A stretch of DNA of 64,000 nucleotides from Acidobacteriota bacterium (lineage in GTDB: Bacteria; Acidobacteriota; UBA6911; RPQK01; CBDAPI01). Shown one piece after another: positions 48,515 to 58,932 of this stretch. The translations under genes were made by a program, and so were the position numbers. The stretch lies in NCBI GenBank assembly GCA_965198355.1, contig CBDAPI010000013.1, forward strand, positions 266,495 to 330,494, written 5' to 3'. The notes under the pieces are model-generated. The model searched no databases. It saw only the letters and a program-made list of their open reading frames with translations, and was not told the origin of the DNA. How positions within the stretch are numbered: position 1 is the first letter of the stretch; each line of letters begins with the position of its first letter.

Positions 48515-50174
48515 CTAGTTCCCATCCGGAAACCCATTATTTAAGCTTCCTAAAGGGTTGTTTTTTATACCAGATACAACGGTTCATGGGGGACAGTATC
48601 GGCCGACAGCAGGGATCGGGCGGCCGAGTGCTCCAGATGCAGTTTTCGACAAACACCTCACCCTCAAAACCCCCCTCCATTATGGCGTCCAGCGACTCGT
48701 TTACAACCGTAGCCGGGCCAACACCAACAGATTGAAACTGAGCACCGAGAGATGCACATACTGCTGGAAGTGCTCCCATCCCTTCCAGGTGCAACGATCC
48801 GCTCCGAAGACCCGTTTGAGCATCGAGATACAGCCTTCGATTCCAGCCCGAAAGCGCCTCAACTGCTTGTAAACCCAGCTGGAGCGCACCATATCGGTGA
48901 CCTTCAGCCCTGCCTTTTTGGCAAAGGCCACGTCCTGGATTCCTTGCTTCTTGGCCCACCTCAGATTGTTCTGAGTGGCAAATCCCCCGTCGAAGCTGGC
49001 TTGGCGAGGATAGCGCCCGTAGAGCTGATGCTGACGCTCCAGCATCGGCTGCATTTGCGCCTGGTCGGCGGGATTGCCTTGCGTGACCAGACAATCGACG
49101 ATCAGTGAGGTCTTGCCGCAAGTCAAAAAGATCTTGTGACCGAAAACCGTCTCGCGTCCCCCGGTCTGGATAATGTCGCTATGCTCCTCAAAGATCGAGA
49201 CCACCTTCTCAGCGGCCGGAACCTTCTGGCCCTGCAGGACGCGCCGGTCGGTCTGATCGATGACTCGTCCCAGTAGATCCAGATAGTGACGCAGCTGCTG
49301 GAGAATCACCTCAGATTCGATCCCCTGCCAACCAGCAGCGCTCTCCAGAGCCTGACAGCCATAGCCATAGGTCTGGCCCGACACCTTGACCAGATCTTGG
49401 TAGAATTGGCGCCGATTCTGGCCCCGGCTGTTGCGGATGTTCGTCACTCGCCTCTTGGCCCTCCGACAATGATTGTGGTAGACCACCGGGTAGTGCTCAG
49501 CCAACTTCCCCAACAGGGCTGTCACCTTACGCACCGAATCGTACAAAAGCTGAGAGTCCAAGGGATGGCGGATGTCGCTCTCGACAGCTGTGGCATCGAC
49601 CCGGATCTTGCGGCCCTTCTCCAACCCCTCTGCTTTGGCCCAACCCACCAACACCCGAGTGATTCGTTGCCAGGTCGAAGCTTGAATCCTCGAGATGTTC
49701 TCTTGAAGACAGCTCTTGCCTGGAGACCATCCTAGAGGCAAACGGCAGAAGGCCCGGAAGCTCGCCGAGTCGTCCACATGAAAGGCCAGCTTTTCATAGG
49801 ACAATCCGTGCCAATTCTTAATCACAGCACAACGCACAACTTGCTCAGCGCTCAGACCCGGAGAGCCATTGCAGGGATCGGCCTTGTCAGACAGATCTTG
49901 TAAAACCCAGTGCAGGATCTCTGGATTGTTATCCAGGATTCGGGAGATCATCTGCAACTCGTCACCCAGCCGGTGATCCGGCCAAAGTGGCGTCAGTGGC
50001 ATCTGATTCTCTCTGTTTTTTCGCATTTTCGGAGCTCCGTGATTGCCGTAAGTCTTTTTGTTTCAGTGGTTTGATACTCTTACTGTAACAAAAGATGCTG
50101 ACAAAATCGGAGCTCGAAAATGTGGTCTTTCCTCTTTATTTCCAATCACTTACAGGCGAGCGGATGGGAACTAG
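48515..50174 (-). mobile_element. IS5-superfamily (IS1182-like) insertion sequence, 1660 bp, 18-bp terminal IRs, CTAG target duplication
   Basis: IRs CTAGTTCCCATCCG...CGGATGGGAACTAG at 48515 and 50174; CTAG at 48511-14 and 50175-78. Confidence 0.7.
48701..50026 (-). CDS. IS1182/IS5-family transposase (DUF772 N-terminal domain plus DDE)
   Basis: 441 aa; ISRILDNNPEILHWVLQDL...SAEQVVRCAVIKNWHGLSYEKLAFHVDDSASFRAFCRL InsH N-terminal domain. Confidence 0.7.
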   Translation of the reverse strand: MRKNRENQMPLTPLWPDHRLGDELQMISRILDNNPEILHWVLQDLSDKADPCNGSPGLSAEQVVRCAVIKNWHGLSYEKLAFHVDDSASFRAFCRLPLGWSPGKSCLQENISRIQASTWQRITRVLVGWAKAEGLEKGRKIRVDATAVESDIRHPLDSQLLYDSVRKVTALLGKLAEHYPVVYHNHCRRAKRRVTNIRNSRGQNRRQFYQDLVKVSGQTYGYGCQALESAAGWQGIESEVILQQLRHYLDLLGRVIDQTDRRVLQGQKVPAAEKVVSIFEEHSDIIQTGGRETVFGHKIFLTCGKTSLIVDCLVTQGNPADQAQMQPMLERQHQLYGRYPRQASFDGGFATQNNLRWAKKQGIQDVAFAKKAGLKVTDMVRSSWVYKQLRRFRAGIEGCISMLKRVFGADRCTWKGWEHFQQYVHLSVLSFNLLVLARLRL

Positions 50175-50178
50175 CTAG

Positions 50179-50716
50179 CGGTGTAGACATAGTCTTCGGT
50201 TGGATTGTCATCTGCATTGGCTGCATTCCCCGCGGCGTTAAAGAGGACATCGCCAAGGGCCTGATCCGGCGCGATCCAGTTCAGAGTGAACTCGACGGGC
50301 CCATTCTGCAGGCCCTTTCTGGAACCCGCCTCAGTGTGGGAGGCGTATTGAACCCGAGCCGCAGTCTGCACCTGGGAGTGCTCGTCGGCGGGCACCAGCT
50401 GCCCAGCCTGTTGTCGGCTTCCTGTAAAGCGGGCGGAGAGTTCAAACCCCCAGCGCTGCTGTCCCGGCTGACCGATGACAATGGTAATCGGGTAGGTTTC
50501 ACCTGGCTGGTATCGGCCGGGGACTCCACGCAAATAGAAAACCCCGCCCAGGGTCCGGCCTTCGTTCAATAAGAAGTCCTTGTGACACTGCAGGCAGGTA
50601 TCTTCTTCGAATCCGCCTGTCAGCCGGGGCAAGGGCCCACCGGAGTAAGCCATCAGGAGTGCGGTCAAGGGCAAGAGCAATGCAGCCAGAAGTCCAAGAA
50701 TGTGTCGTACCTTCAT
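50179..50716 (-). pseudogene. N-terminal part of the IS-split gene: signal peptide plus single c-type heme motif CLQCH
   Basis: MKVRHILGLLAALLLPLTALL...EEDTCLQCHKDF; the stop is supplied by the IS-terminal CTAG. Confidence 0.55.
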
Positions 50717-50943
50717 GATGTCAAACCTTTCCTTGTTCAGGCCAAATGGGGGTTTCGGCCCCACTTATTTCAAAGATAGCAAAATTAGGTGGAGCAAGAG
50801 TCGACTGTCCACTCCCAGCTTTCTCGACAACAGGCGAAGCTACTCCCCGGTGTAGACATTGACGGAGCGGAGTTGCCGGTGGTTCATCCCGTTTGACGAC
50901 CGGTCCTGGCATGTGGGTCTCACAACAGGGTAGAGTCGGAGCC

Positions 50944-51724
50944 ATGCGCATCGGAATTGACTACCGGCCGGTCTTGCGCCCCAACTCCCGGCGCAGGGGA
51001 ATCGGCAAATTCACGGCCAGTCAGATTGAGCACATCGTGCAGACGGGCGGCCATGATTTTGTGCTCTATACGGTCGGCAATGAGAGACCTGGGTTGTCGG
51101 AGAGGGTGACCTGGAGGCAGGTGCCACAGATCCGGCGGCCCAGCCGCTTCAACTGGCTGCTGGATCGTTTCTTGTTGCACAACTGGATTGATTCTGATGA
51201 TCTCGATCTCTATCACGCGACCGAAGTAACAGCGGTTCCAAGACGCTGCTCGTGTCCCCTGGTTGTCACTGTGCACGACGTGATCCCGTTGCTCTACTGG
51301 GCCGAGATGAAGACCCAAATGCCGTTCGACTATCGGATCGGCCTGAAACACGCCTACAACCGGGCCGGAATTGCCGACCGTATGATCACCATTTCGGATT
51401 CGGCTAGACATGACATCTGTTCCCACCTGGGGATTGGAGAGGAGAAGGTCGAGGTTGTGTATCCCGGCTGCAACCCGTCGTTTCGCCCTGTGGAGGCCGA
51501 CACGGCCCGGGAGAGAATCAAGCGCAAGCATGGGATCGAGGGTTCGTTTCTCTTCTATGTTGGCGGGAGCGATTTTCGGAAGAACCTTGGTTTTCTGGTC
51601 ACGGGATTCGCTCAGATTCGAGAGCAGGGGTATTCCGGCTCACTGGTTCTGGCCGGGGAGACCTTTCGAACAGAGATTCCTGAAGTTCAGGAACTCACAC
51701 GCAAGATTGGCGAGTTAGATCTAG
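50944..51724 (+). pseudogene. GT4 glycosyltransferase, N-terminal part (split by an IS1380-family copy)
   Basis: MRIGIDYRPV... GT4 N-domain; joins in frame to 53379.. (...[27 protein letters not shown]...). Confidence 0.7.
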
Positions 51725-53374
51725 CCCGGATTATGCAAGAACCGTAATCCGCTGTTGAAAAAGGGCTCGAGAAGTGGCCCAACTCGGAAGCGGGCAGTTG
51801 TGACAGGCGGATTTGCGAAGAATATCGGTTGGCGAGGCGTTTGAGTGGTTGGGGGAGTGAATTTCAGACAGATCTGGGCCTGGATGAGTGTCGGAAGCGG
51901 TTTTTCGGGGAACTGGGAGAAGCTAGCTGGAGTTCAGGCGACTCAAGACGAGGTGAAAGAGGGGTTGTTCGGGAAAGGCTGAGGAAAGATGGACCCAGAT
52001 GCGTCGAGTGGTTTGTCGGATCCGGGCCCCGATCTTGAGGACACGACGACGTAAGGTTTCGATTTCGAGCTTGTGCCAGGGGGTTCCGTGCAGATAGTCG
52101 CGCAGGCGCACGAACATCTGGTAAGCCAGTGCATGCAGGAGGAGTCGAAACTGGTTGGCCAGGAATCGATGACAGCTGAGTCGGTCCATGCTCAGATGAT
52201 TCTTAAAGGCCTTGATGAAGTTCTCGGTCTGCCCTCGGTCGGTGTAGTGGTCATAAAGTGATTGGGAGCAGAGATCGTCCCGGTTGGTGACCACAAAGCG
52301 ACGATTGATCCCGCGCTGATCGACCTCCACTTTGACAATGACGCGACGGGATCGATCCCAGCTGTTGGCTCGATAAAGAAACTCGTCAAACTGACGCTGT
52401 TTTTCCTCCCGCTCAACGAACCTTTCCCGAGTCGAATCCAGCAGGGGCTCGACCACTCGCTGCAGGCGAGGGTTGCGACTTAACCCAATGACATATTGGA
52501 GTTGATTCTCTTCACCTTCACAGAACTCGTAGAGCCGAGGCGTGGCAAAGCCGCTGTCGGCCCGAATCTCAATCTCGACATCCGTCCCCACTGCTTGTCG
52601 GATGGCCTCCACGACGCGCTTCAGAATGGGCACGATGTGAGAGGCAGCCCCCTTGTTGCCAGGTCTCAACACGGCACAGACCAGGTCTCCCGTGGCGGCA
52701 TCGAAGATCAGCAAAGGATGCAGAATGTGGTTTCGGTAATACCCGTGGTAGAAGGCGAACTCCTGTTGGCCGTGAGTGTGGTCGTCGGTACTGTCCAGAT
52801 CCAGGATGATCTTGGCGGGACGTCTCTTCTTCAGGGAGCGCACATAACGGCGTAGCAGCCACCGGCTCAGACGCATCAGATCCTTCTTGGTGACGGAGTT
52901 CTCCAAGCGGGAGAAAGTCGGCTGGGTGGCCAAATCGGGATCGCTCTCGGGCAACTGATCACAGACTGTCTTGAGCATCGGATCCGAGCGCAGCGTATCG
53001 GCGTCATTACAGTCTTCGTAGCCGGCCACGATCTGCAACACTCGTTGTCGGATCAACTTCAACAGGTCATGACGAATGTAGCGTCGGTCCCGGCTTTCCG
53101 CAATACACGAACTGAAGCCCTCGCACAATCGATGTTGCCGATCCAGCGATCCAAACAACAACCATCCTGCGTCGGAAGTGAGGCTCCCCCCATCAAAACG
53201 AGCTGTGATGTCTCTGTGGCTGTGAAATGGCAGGGTATTCTGGCAGACTGTTTTCAACATAGCCGTAGCTCCTGTTTAGGGTTGTTTTTATGTAAACCCT
53301 TTTATATCAGAGAGCTACGGCTTTTTTTCTGGACCCAAATCTCACTCGGATTCAGATCTCTTGCATAATCCGGG
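51725..53374 (-). mobile_element. IS1380-family insertion sequence, 1650 bp, CTAG TSD (51721-24 and 53375-78)
   Basis: Identical to the other copies; the TSD is proven because the in-frame host-gene reconstruction needs exactly one CTAG. Confidence 0.9.
51923..53260 (-). CDS. IS1380-family DDE transposase
   Basis: Identical 445-aa ORF. Confidence 0.85.
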   Translation of the reverse strand: MLKTVCQNTLPFHSHRDITARFDGGSLTSDAGWLLFGSLDRQHRLCEGFSSCIAESRDRRYIRHDLLKLIRQRVLQIVAGYEDCNDADTLRSDPMLKTVCDQLPESDPDLATQPTFSRLENSVTKKDLMRLSRWLLRRYVRSLKKRRPAKIILDLDSTDDHTHGQQEFAFYHGYYRNHILHPLLIFDAATGDLVCAVLRPGNKGAASHIVPILKRVVEAIRQAVGTDVEIEIRADSGFATPRLYEFCEGEENQLQYVIGLSRNPRLQRVVEPLLDSTRERFVEREEKQRQFDEFLYRANSWDRSRRVIVKVEVDQRGINRRFVVTNRDDLCSQSLYDHYTDRGQTENFIKAFKNHLSMDRLSCHRFLANQFRLLLHALAYQMFVRLRDYLHGTPWHKLEIETLRRRVLKIGARIRQTTRRIWVHLSSAFPEQPLFHLVLSRLNSS

Positions 53375-53378
53375 CTAG

Positions 53379-53740
53379 AGAATTGGGTCCTCTGTCCAGG
53401 CTATGTCGAGGATGACGACTTGCCCGCCTTTTACAGCGCGAGTGATCTGTTTGTCTTTCCTTCGCTCTACGAGGGCTTCGGTTTACCCGTACTCGAGGCC
53501 CTGGCCTGTGGTGCCCCCGTCCTGACCTCTGACCGTTCTTCCATCCCCAAAGTGGGGGGAGCGGTGGTCGAATACTTTGATCCGGAACGAGTGGACGATC
53601 TGGTGGCCAGGTTCTTCGAGTTACGTGAGAACCCGGCGCGACTCGAGCAAATGCGGGCGGCCGGCCCGGAGAGAGCAGCTCAATTCAGCTGGGAGGAGAA
53701 TGCCAGAGCAGTGGCATCCATTTATGAGTCGTTGAAATAA
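53379..53740 (+). pseudogene. GT4 glycosyltransferase, C-terminal part
   Basis: [29 protein letters not shown], the canonical GT4 EX7E region. Confidence 0.75.
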
Positions 53741-53854
53741 ATGACTGTGAAGTTGCTATATATTGGACGGAAAAAGACATCATGAGCTATTCATCACCGC
53801 TGATGATCACGGTCGTTGTAATGAGTCTCGGCCGGGTCTGTCCTCAGTCGAACA

Positions 53855-54220
53855 GTGACGCCCCTCCGCGGGATTTGCCGAGAGCTTTTCAGCAAGTGGC
53901 TCCACGGGGTACCGGCGGTCCCCTTCAAGAGGATTCGAACGGGTGCCAGTTTTCAGGCTGGGGATCAGGTTGTTTTTCTGTATCGGCCAAAGAAAGCGGA
54001 GATCTGTCACTCCACCGTTGCCTTTGTGCTCTCGGAGGGGCGTTACCGCAAGGACAAACAGGGCTGGTCGGAGGAGTCCACCGGTGCTGTTTTCGATCCA
54101 GGCCCAGGTCGTTTCCAGGATTCGTCGGCCGGCCGACCGCTGAGCGGCTTTGACACCTTCTGGTACAACTGGAGCCTGAACAACCCCGATACTCAGGTTC
54201 TGACCACCAAACTCAAGTGA
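53855..54220 (+). CDS. hypothetical small protein
   Basis: Balanced composition; frame open from about 53819 (GTG). The overlapping ORF 53782..54153 is judged less likely. Confidence 0.3.
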   Translation: MTPLRGICRELFSKWLHGVPAVPFKRIRTGASFQAGDQVVFLYRPKKAEICHSTVAFVLSEGRYRKDKQGWSEESTGAVFDPGPGRFQDSSAGRPLSGFDTFWYNWSLNNPDTQVLTTKLK

Positions 54221-54311
54221 TCCTTCCGCCCTCTCCCCCTCACGCTACCCGGTTGGCGCAGGGCACGCCAAGCGGATCGACGAAAGGGATACTCTGCTAC
54301 TGTGATAGATC

Positions 54312-54617
54312 ATGAAGGAGGGATATTTTCGACAGGTGTACCGCATCGTGCGGGCGGTTCCTTCCGGGAAGGTGACCACTTACGGAACCGTGGCCACTCT
54401 GGCAGGCCGGCCTGGCGGAGCCAGAACCGTCGGCTGGGCCATGCGGGCGCTGGAGAGAGGAAGTGATGTGCCCTGGCACCGGGTGATCAATGCTCAGGGG
54501 CGCATCAGCCTGCCATCGCCATCGGCCGAACTTCAGCAGGTACTGCTGGAAAGCGAAGGCGTCGAGTTCAATGATACGGGTCGGGTGGACCTGAGGCGCT
54601 ATGGCTGGCAAGGTTAA
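54312..54617 (+). CDS. alkyltransferase-like (ATL) protein of the MGMT DNA-binding family, YbaZ-like
   Basis: YGTVATLAGRPGGARTVGWA...PWHRVIN: Trp replaces the catalytic Cys of PCHR. Confidence 0.7.
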   Translation: MKEGYFRQVYRIVRAVPSGKVTTYGTVATLAGRPGGARTVGWAMRALERGSDVPWHRVINAQGRISLPSPSAELQQVLLESEGVEFNDTGRVDLRRYGWQG

Positions 54618-54637
54618 CTCGATTTCTGTTTGCTAGA

Positions 54638-56206
54638 ATGGCACCCACCTTTCTTGCGCTGCTGCGGAATCAGCCGGGTTCAGAGACACAATCGATGCAT
54701 TTGATCCAGCGCGCTGCAGATTTCGGTAAGGCTCTGGCCATCGTCGACCCGGCAGGAGAACACTCCTTTGCCGATCTGGAGCGGGCTGCCCGAAGTGTTG
54801 CCGCCTCCCTTTCGGAGACCCTTTCCCGATCCACGGGGAACCGCGTCGCCCTGCTGGTCGCCCCCGGGTTCAAATATGTCGCGACTCTGTGGGGAGTCTG
54901 GAGGGCAGGGGCGACGGCGGTACCTCTCTGTCTGAGCCATCCGCCACCCGAGATTCATTACGCACTGAAGGACAGCGGGGCGGAGGTAGCGGTGGCAGGC
55001 TCTCTCCAGGCGGACCTTCTTCGGAAGGGAACGGAAGGAACCAAGTGTAGGGTCCGGGTGGCGGAAGAACTCCTAACCCGGGAGGGGGATGTGCCCGCTC
55101 CTTCAAATTGCAAAGACGCCATGATTTTGTACACGAGCGGATCAACGGGGAGACCCAAAGGGGTTCTTCTGACGCAGGCCAATCTGGAGGCTCAGATCAG
55201 GATGCTGTGCTCGGCCTGGGGCTGGGCGCGATCGGACCGCATCCTTCACGCACTACCCCTTCATCACACTCATGGCCTGGTCAACGCCCTCTTGTGCTCC
55301 CTCTGGACCGGGGCCGTCTGCGAGTTCCTCCCGCGCTTCGAGACAGCCGCGGCCTGGACACGGCTGGCCAGCGGGGAAATCACTGTTTTCATGGGCGTAC
55401 CCACCATGTATACGAAGCTCATCGCTCACTGGCACGGACTGGCCCGGCAGGAGAGAGAGGTCCTGGGGCGAGGCTGCGCGCAGCTGCGGCTGATGGTGTC
55501 TGGATCGGCGGCGCTTCCGGTCCATGTCTTCGCTGAATGGGAGGAAATCACAGGCCAGGTTCTCTTGGAACGCTATGGCATGACCGAAATTGGGATGGCT
55601 CTCTCCAATCCGTTACAAGGCCAGAGAAGAGCTGGGACCGTAGGAGCGCCTTTGGCGGGGGTCGAGATCCGCCGCGTGACCGAAGACGGCGGCGCCCTCA
55701 CCGGGGACGACATCCCGGGCGAGATCGAGGTGAAGGGTCCAGCCGTTTTCGAGCAATACTGGAGACGGCCTCAGGAGACCGTTGAGAGCTTTCATGACGG
55801 GTGGTTTCGCACTGGTGATATGGCAGTGATTGAAGATGGTTACTGGAAGATCCTGGGGCGCCAGTCGGTTGACATCATTAAGACCGGCGGCTACAAAATC
55901 TCAGCACTGGAAGTTGAGAACGCGCTGCTGCACCACTCTTTGATCCGCGAGTGTGCAGTGATTGGGCTGGCCGATGCCGTCTGGGGCGAGAGGGTCTGCG
56001 CTATTGTCTCTCTCACAAAGGAACAGGATCTGTGTCTGGAGGACCTGCGTTCCTGGTCGAAGCAGCGGCTGGCACCCTACAAAGTCCCCACCCGGCTCGT
56101 GATTCTGGGCGCGCTTCCCAGGAACGCTATGGGTAAGGTGCTCAAGCCATTGCTCCAGGAACTCCTCTTGAATGATGCGCCGGCTCGCAGCCCGGAGAAC
56201 GGATGA
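54638..56206 (+). CDS. AMP-dependent acyl-CoA synthetase/ligase
   Basis: ILYTSGSTGRPKGVLLTQANL, YGMTE, GWFRTGD motifs; alternative start at 54695. Confidence 0.8.
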   Translation: MAPTFLALLRNQPGSETQSMHLIQRAADFGKALAIVDPAGEHSFADLERAARSVAASLSETLSRSTGNRVALLVAPGFKYVATLWGVWRAGATAVPLCLSHPPPEIHYALKDSGAEVAVAGSLQADLLRKGTEGTKCRVRVAEELLTREGDVPAPSNCKDAMILYTSGSTGRPKGVLLTQANLEAQIRMLCSAWGWARSDRILHALPLHHTHGLVNALLCSLWTGAVCEFLPRFETAAAWTRLASGEITVFMGVPTMYTKLIAHWHGLARQEREVLGRGCAQLRLMVSGSAALPVHVFAEWEEITGQVLLERYGMTEIGMALSNPLQGQRRAGTVGAPLAGVEIRRVTEDGGALTGDDIPGEIEVKGPAVFEQYWRRPQETVESFHDGWFRTGDMAVIEDGYWKILGRQSVDIIKTGGYKISALEVENALLHHSLIRECAVIGLADAVWGERVCAIVSLTKEQDLCLEDLRSWSKQRLAPYKVPTRLVILGALPRNAMGKVLKPLLQELLLNDAPARSPENG

Positions 56207-57600
56207 AACTGCAGGAGATAGCCCACTGCTCCGCCGTTGAATTGCGCCGCCTCATCGGCGAGCGAAAACTTTCGCCGGTCCAGGTAGCCAAGGCCTGTCT
56301 GCACCAGATCGAGACATGGAACAACCAGATCAATGCGGTGGTGACCTTATCTCCGGAAGTGCTTGGCGACGCTCGAAGTGCCGAGCGAAAAGTCATGTCC
56401 GGAGAGGAACTGGGGGCGCTGCATGGGCTGCCCGTCGGGATCAAGGACATCACCCCGGTGGCCGACATGCGCACTACGTTTGGCTCGAGTGTCTACGCGG
56501 ATCACGTGGCCGAGCAGGATGCGCTTGTCGTCAGCAGGCTCAAGCAGGCCGGAGCGATCGTTCTGGGCAAGACAAACACCTCGGAGTTCGCAGCCGGCGC
56601 CAATACCTTCAATGATGTTTTCGGGCCGACCCGAAATCCGTGGAATCTGGAGTTGACGGCGGGTGGTTCGACGGGAGGAGGCGCCGCCGGGCTGGCGACG
56701 GGTATGTTCGCGCTGGGGGAGGGAACGGATCTCGGGGGATCGCTGCGGATTCCCGCTGCCTTTTGCGGTGTCGTCGGCCTGCGCCCGACCGTTGGGCTCG
56801 TCCCCACCCATCCATCCGATTACCTGTGGGACAGCCTTGCGGTGACCGGCCCCATGGCGAGGCGAGTGGAGGACGTGGCCCTGATGCTCCAGGTCATCTC
56901 AGGTCCATCCCTGGAGTCAGTCCTGACACAGCCAGTGGAGGGGCGCGATTTTGTGGCTGCAGTTGAGGGGGAACTCGACGATGGGCTGGCAGTTGCCTAC
57001 TGTGCAGACGTGTCAGGAATCGGCATCGACCCGCAAGTCCACGAGTGCTGCCGTGCAGCCTCCAACGGTCTCAATTCGGCGGGTGTACGTGTGGACGAAG
57101 TGGAGGTGGACCTTTCCTTCAGCCGCAAAGCGTTTCTGTCGCTGAGGGCTCACTGGATGCTGTCACACCATCTCACCCGGCTGGAGCACCTCGATTCGTT
57201 CGGTCCCAACCTGGCCGGAAACATTCGAGCCGGACTGGAGCTGAAGGCACACGAGCTGGCGGCGGCCGAGCAGGTACGGACGACGATCTGGCATCAACTA
57301 CGCCGTTTCTTCCTGCGCTATTCTCTGCTTTTGACTCCCACCACGGCGGTAGCGCCCTTCCCGGTAGAGGCAGCCCATCCCGAAATCGTCGCAGGCCGGA
57401 GAATGGAGACCTACATTGACTGGGCTGCGCCCACTTTTGTCTTGAGTGTCAGCGGGCTGCCAGTCGCTTCCGTCCCCTGTGGAAAGGACTCACGTGGTCT
57501 CCCGGTTGGGATACAGATCGCCGGCCCTCCCCGGTCCGAAGAACTCATCCTGCAGGTGGCACGGGCCATTCAGGAAGCCCATCCGATCGGGCTGCCCTGA
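56203..57600 (+). CDS. amidase (amidase-signature family)
   Basis: GGSTGGGAAGLATGMFALGEGTDLGGSLRIPAAFCGVVGLRPT; Ser-cisSer-Lys signature region. Confidence 0.8.
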   Translation: MKLQEIAHCSAVELRRLIGERKLSPVQVAKACLHQIETWNNQINAVVTLSPEVLGDARSAERKVMSGEELGALHGLPVGIKDITPVADMRTTFGSSVYADHVAEQDALVVSRLKQAGAIVLGKTNTSEFAAGANTFNDVFGPTRNPWNLELTAGGSTGGGAAGLATGMFALGEGTDLGGSLRIPAAFCGVVGLRPTVGLVPTHPSDYLWDSLAVTGPMARRVEDVALMLQVISGPSLESVLTQPVEGRDFVAAVEGELDDGLAVAYCADVSGIGIDPQVHECCRAASNGLNSAGVRVDEVEVDLSFSRKAFLSLRAHWMLSHHLTRLEHLDSFGPNLAGNIRAGLELKAHELAAAEQVRTTIWHQLRRFFLRYSLLLTPTTAVAPFPVEAAHPEIVAGRRMETYIDWAAPTFVLSVSGLPVASVPCGKDSRGLPVGIQIAGPPRSEELILQVARAIQEAHPIGLP

Positions 57601-57686
57601 TCAAGCATTTCAAATTCAACCTTCCAGATTGGAAAGCGTTCCAACGTCTCCCACTTTCCGATCTGCAATCTTCGATTTTCAACCCG

Positions 57687-58430
57687 TCAGTTCAGCCACA
57701 GCTCGATGGCGAAAACGACGATGGTGATCGTTACCACTCGCCGCACCCAGGCGTGGCCGTGAGTCAGGGTCAGCCAGGCTCCCAGCCTGCCTCCCACCGC
57801 AAAGCCGGCAGCCAGCACCATCCCCGTCACCCACACGACCTTGCCCTGCCAGGCAAACACTGCCAGCGCCATCAAGGTAAACACCAGAACCGTGAGCACC
57901 TTGACAGCATTGCCGCGGACCAGATCAAGCCCGGCCCAGGTGGTGGCCGCCAACAGGAAGAAGCCAACCCCGGCCTGGACAAAACCACCGTAAATTCCCA
58001 CAGCAAAGAAAGCCAGATCCAGCAACAGGGTGCTGCGCTGTGCACCGTGCGCCGAGTCCTTCATTTTAAAAGGGCTCCACAGGGTCCACAGAGTAACGGT
58101 AACCATCAGGATGGCCAGGATCTTCTGAAAAGCCTGATCATCCAGTCGCACCGCAACCAGGCTTCCCACCAATGCTCCCCCCGCCGCCGGTAGGGCGGCC
58201 CACCGAAGTGACCGCCGGTCCAGAATTCCCTGACTCGAAAAACTGTGCGCAGCCGCAACACTCTCGATCAAGATTCCCACCCGGTTCGTCCCATTGGCTA
58301 CCGTGGCAGGAAGTCCCAGGAAAATAAGAACCGGAAGGGTGAGAAACGACCCACCCCCGGCAATCACGTTCAAAGTTCCCGCCACCGCTCCCGCCACAAA
58401 GAGAATCAGGTGTTCCAACCAGCTTTCCAT
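57687..58430 (-). CDS. TauE/SafE (DUF81) family anion exporter
   Basis: Two repeats of GxGGG (VIAGGGSFLTLP...; AGVGFFLLAATTWAGL); polytopic. Confidence 0.75.
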   Translation of the reverse strand: MESWLEHLILFVAGAVAGTLNVIAGGGSFLTLPVLIFLGLPATVANGTNRVGILIESVAAAHSFSSQGILDRRSLRWAALPAAGGALVGSLVAVRLDDQAFQKILAILMVTVTLWTLWSPFKMKDSAHGAQRSTLLLDLAFFAVGIYGGFVQAGVGFFLLAATTWAGLDLVRGNAVKVLTVLVFTLMALAVFAWQGKVVWVTGMVLAAGFAVGGRLGAWLTLTHGHAWVRRVVTITIVVFAIELWLN

Positions 58431-58659
58431 TCACGGAGCATTCTGCTGTTTCCGAGGCACAATTTCCAGATCTTGACAGGACCGCGCAGGGTCCTCCCAC
58501 GTTGAACTTGCACCCCACCGAAGAACATACTATATTAATCCCAGCCCCCTGGGGGGGGGATAGATGAGCTCGCTATGTACGCGGCCACATCAATAACGAG
58601 CAAAGGAAGCGATCAGAGCCGCTGGCGGAAGCCAGGAACTTTAGAACGAAGGGAAAGCT

Positions 58660-58932
58660 ATGGAAGAGAGACAGGAGATTCTGCGACGGATGAAGAGCAT
58701 CGAAGGTCACGTGGCGGGCGTTTCACGAATGGTCGAGAAGGACGCCTACTGTATTGACGTCGTGCATCAGCTCCTGGCTGTGCAGAAAGCGGTGCAACGA
58801 GTGAGCGCGATCATCCTGGGCCAGCACCTGCGACATTGCGTGGCGGGGGCTGTGGAGGGCGGAGATTCAGGCAAAAAAGAGGAAATGATCGGGGAGATTC
58901 TCAACGTATTTGAGGCAAATAGTCGTGGATAA
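58660..58932 (+). CDS. csoR: CsoR/RcnR-family metal-sensing repressor
   Basis: x-Y-C ... H-x3-C pattern (AYCIDVVH...LRHCV); 90 aa. Confidence 0.75.
   Translation: MEERQEILRRMKSIEGHVAGVSRMVEKDAYCIDVVHQLLAVQKAVQRVSAIILGQHLRHCVAGAVEGGDSGKKEEMIGEILNVFEANSRG

Noticed and set aside
48537-49121. 194-aa and other ORFs overlapping the IS1182-like transposase
   Set aside because: Alternative frames within the transposase gene; no homology.
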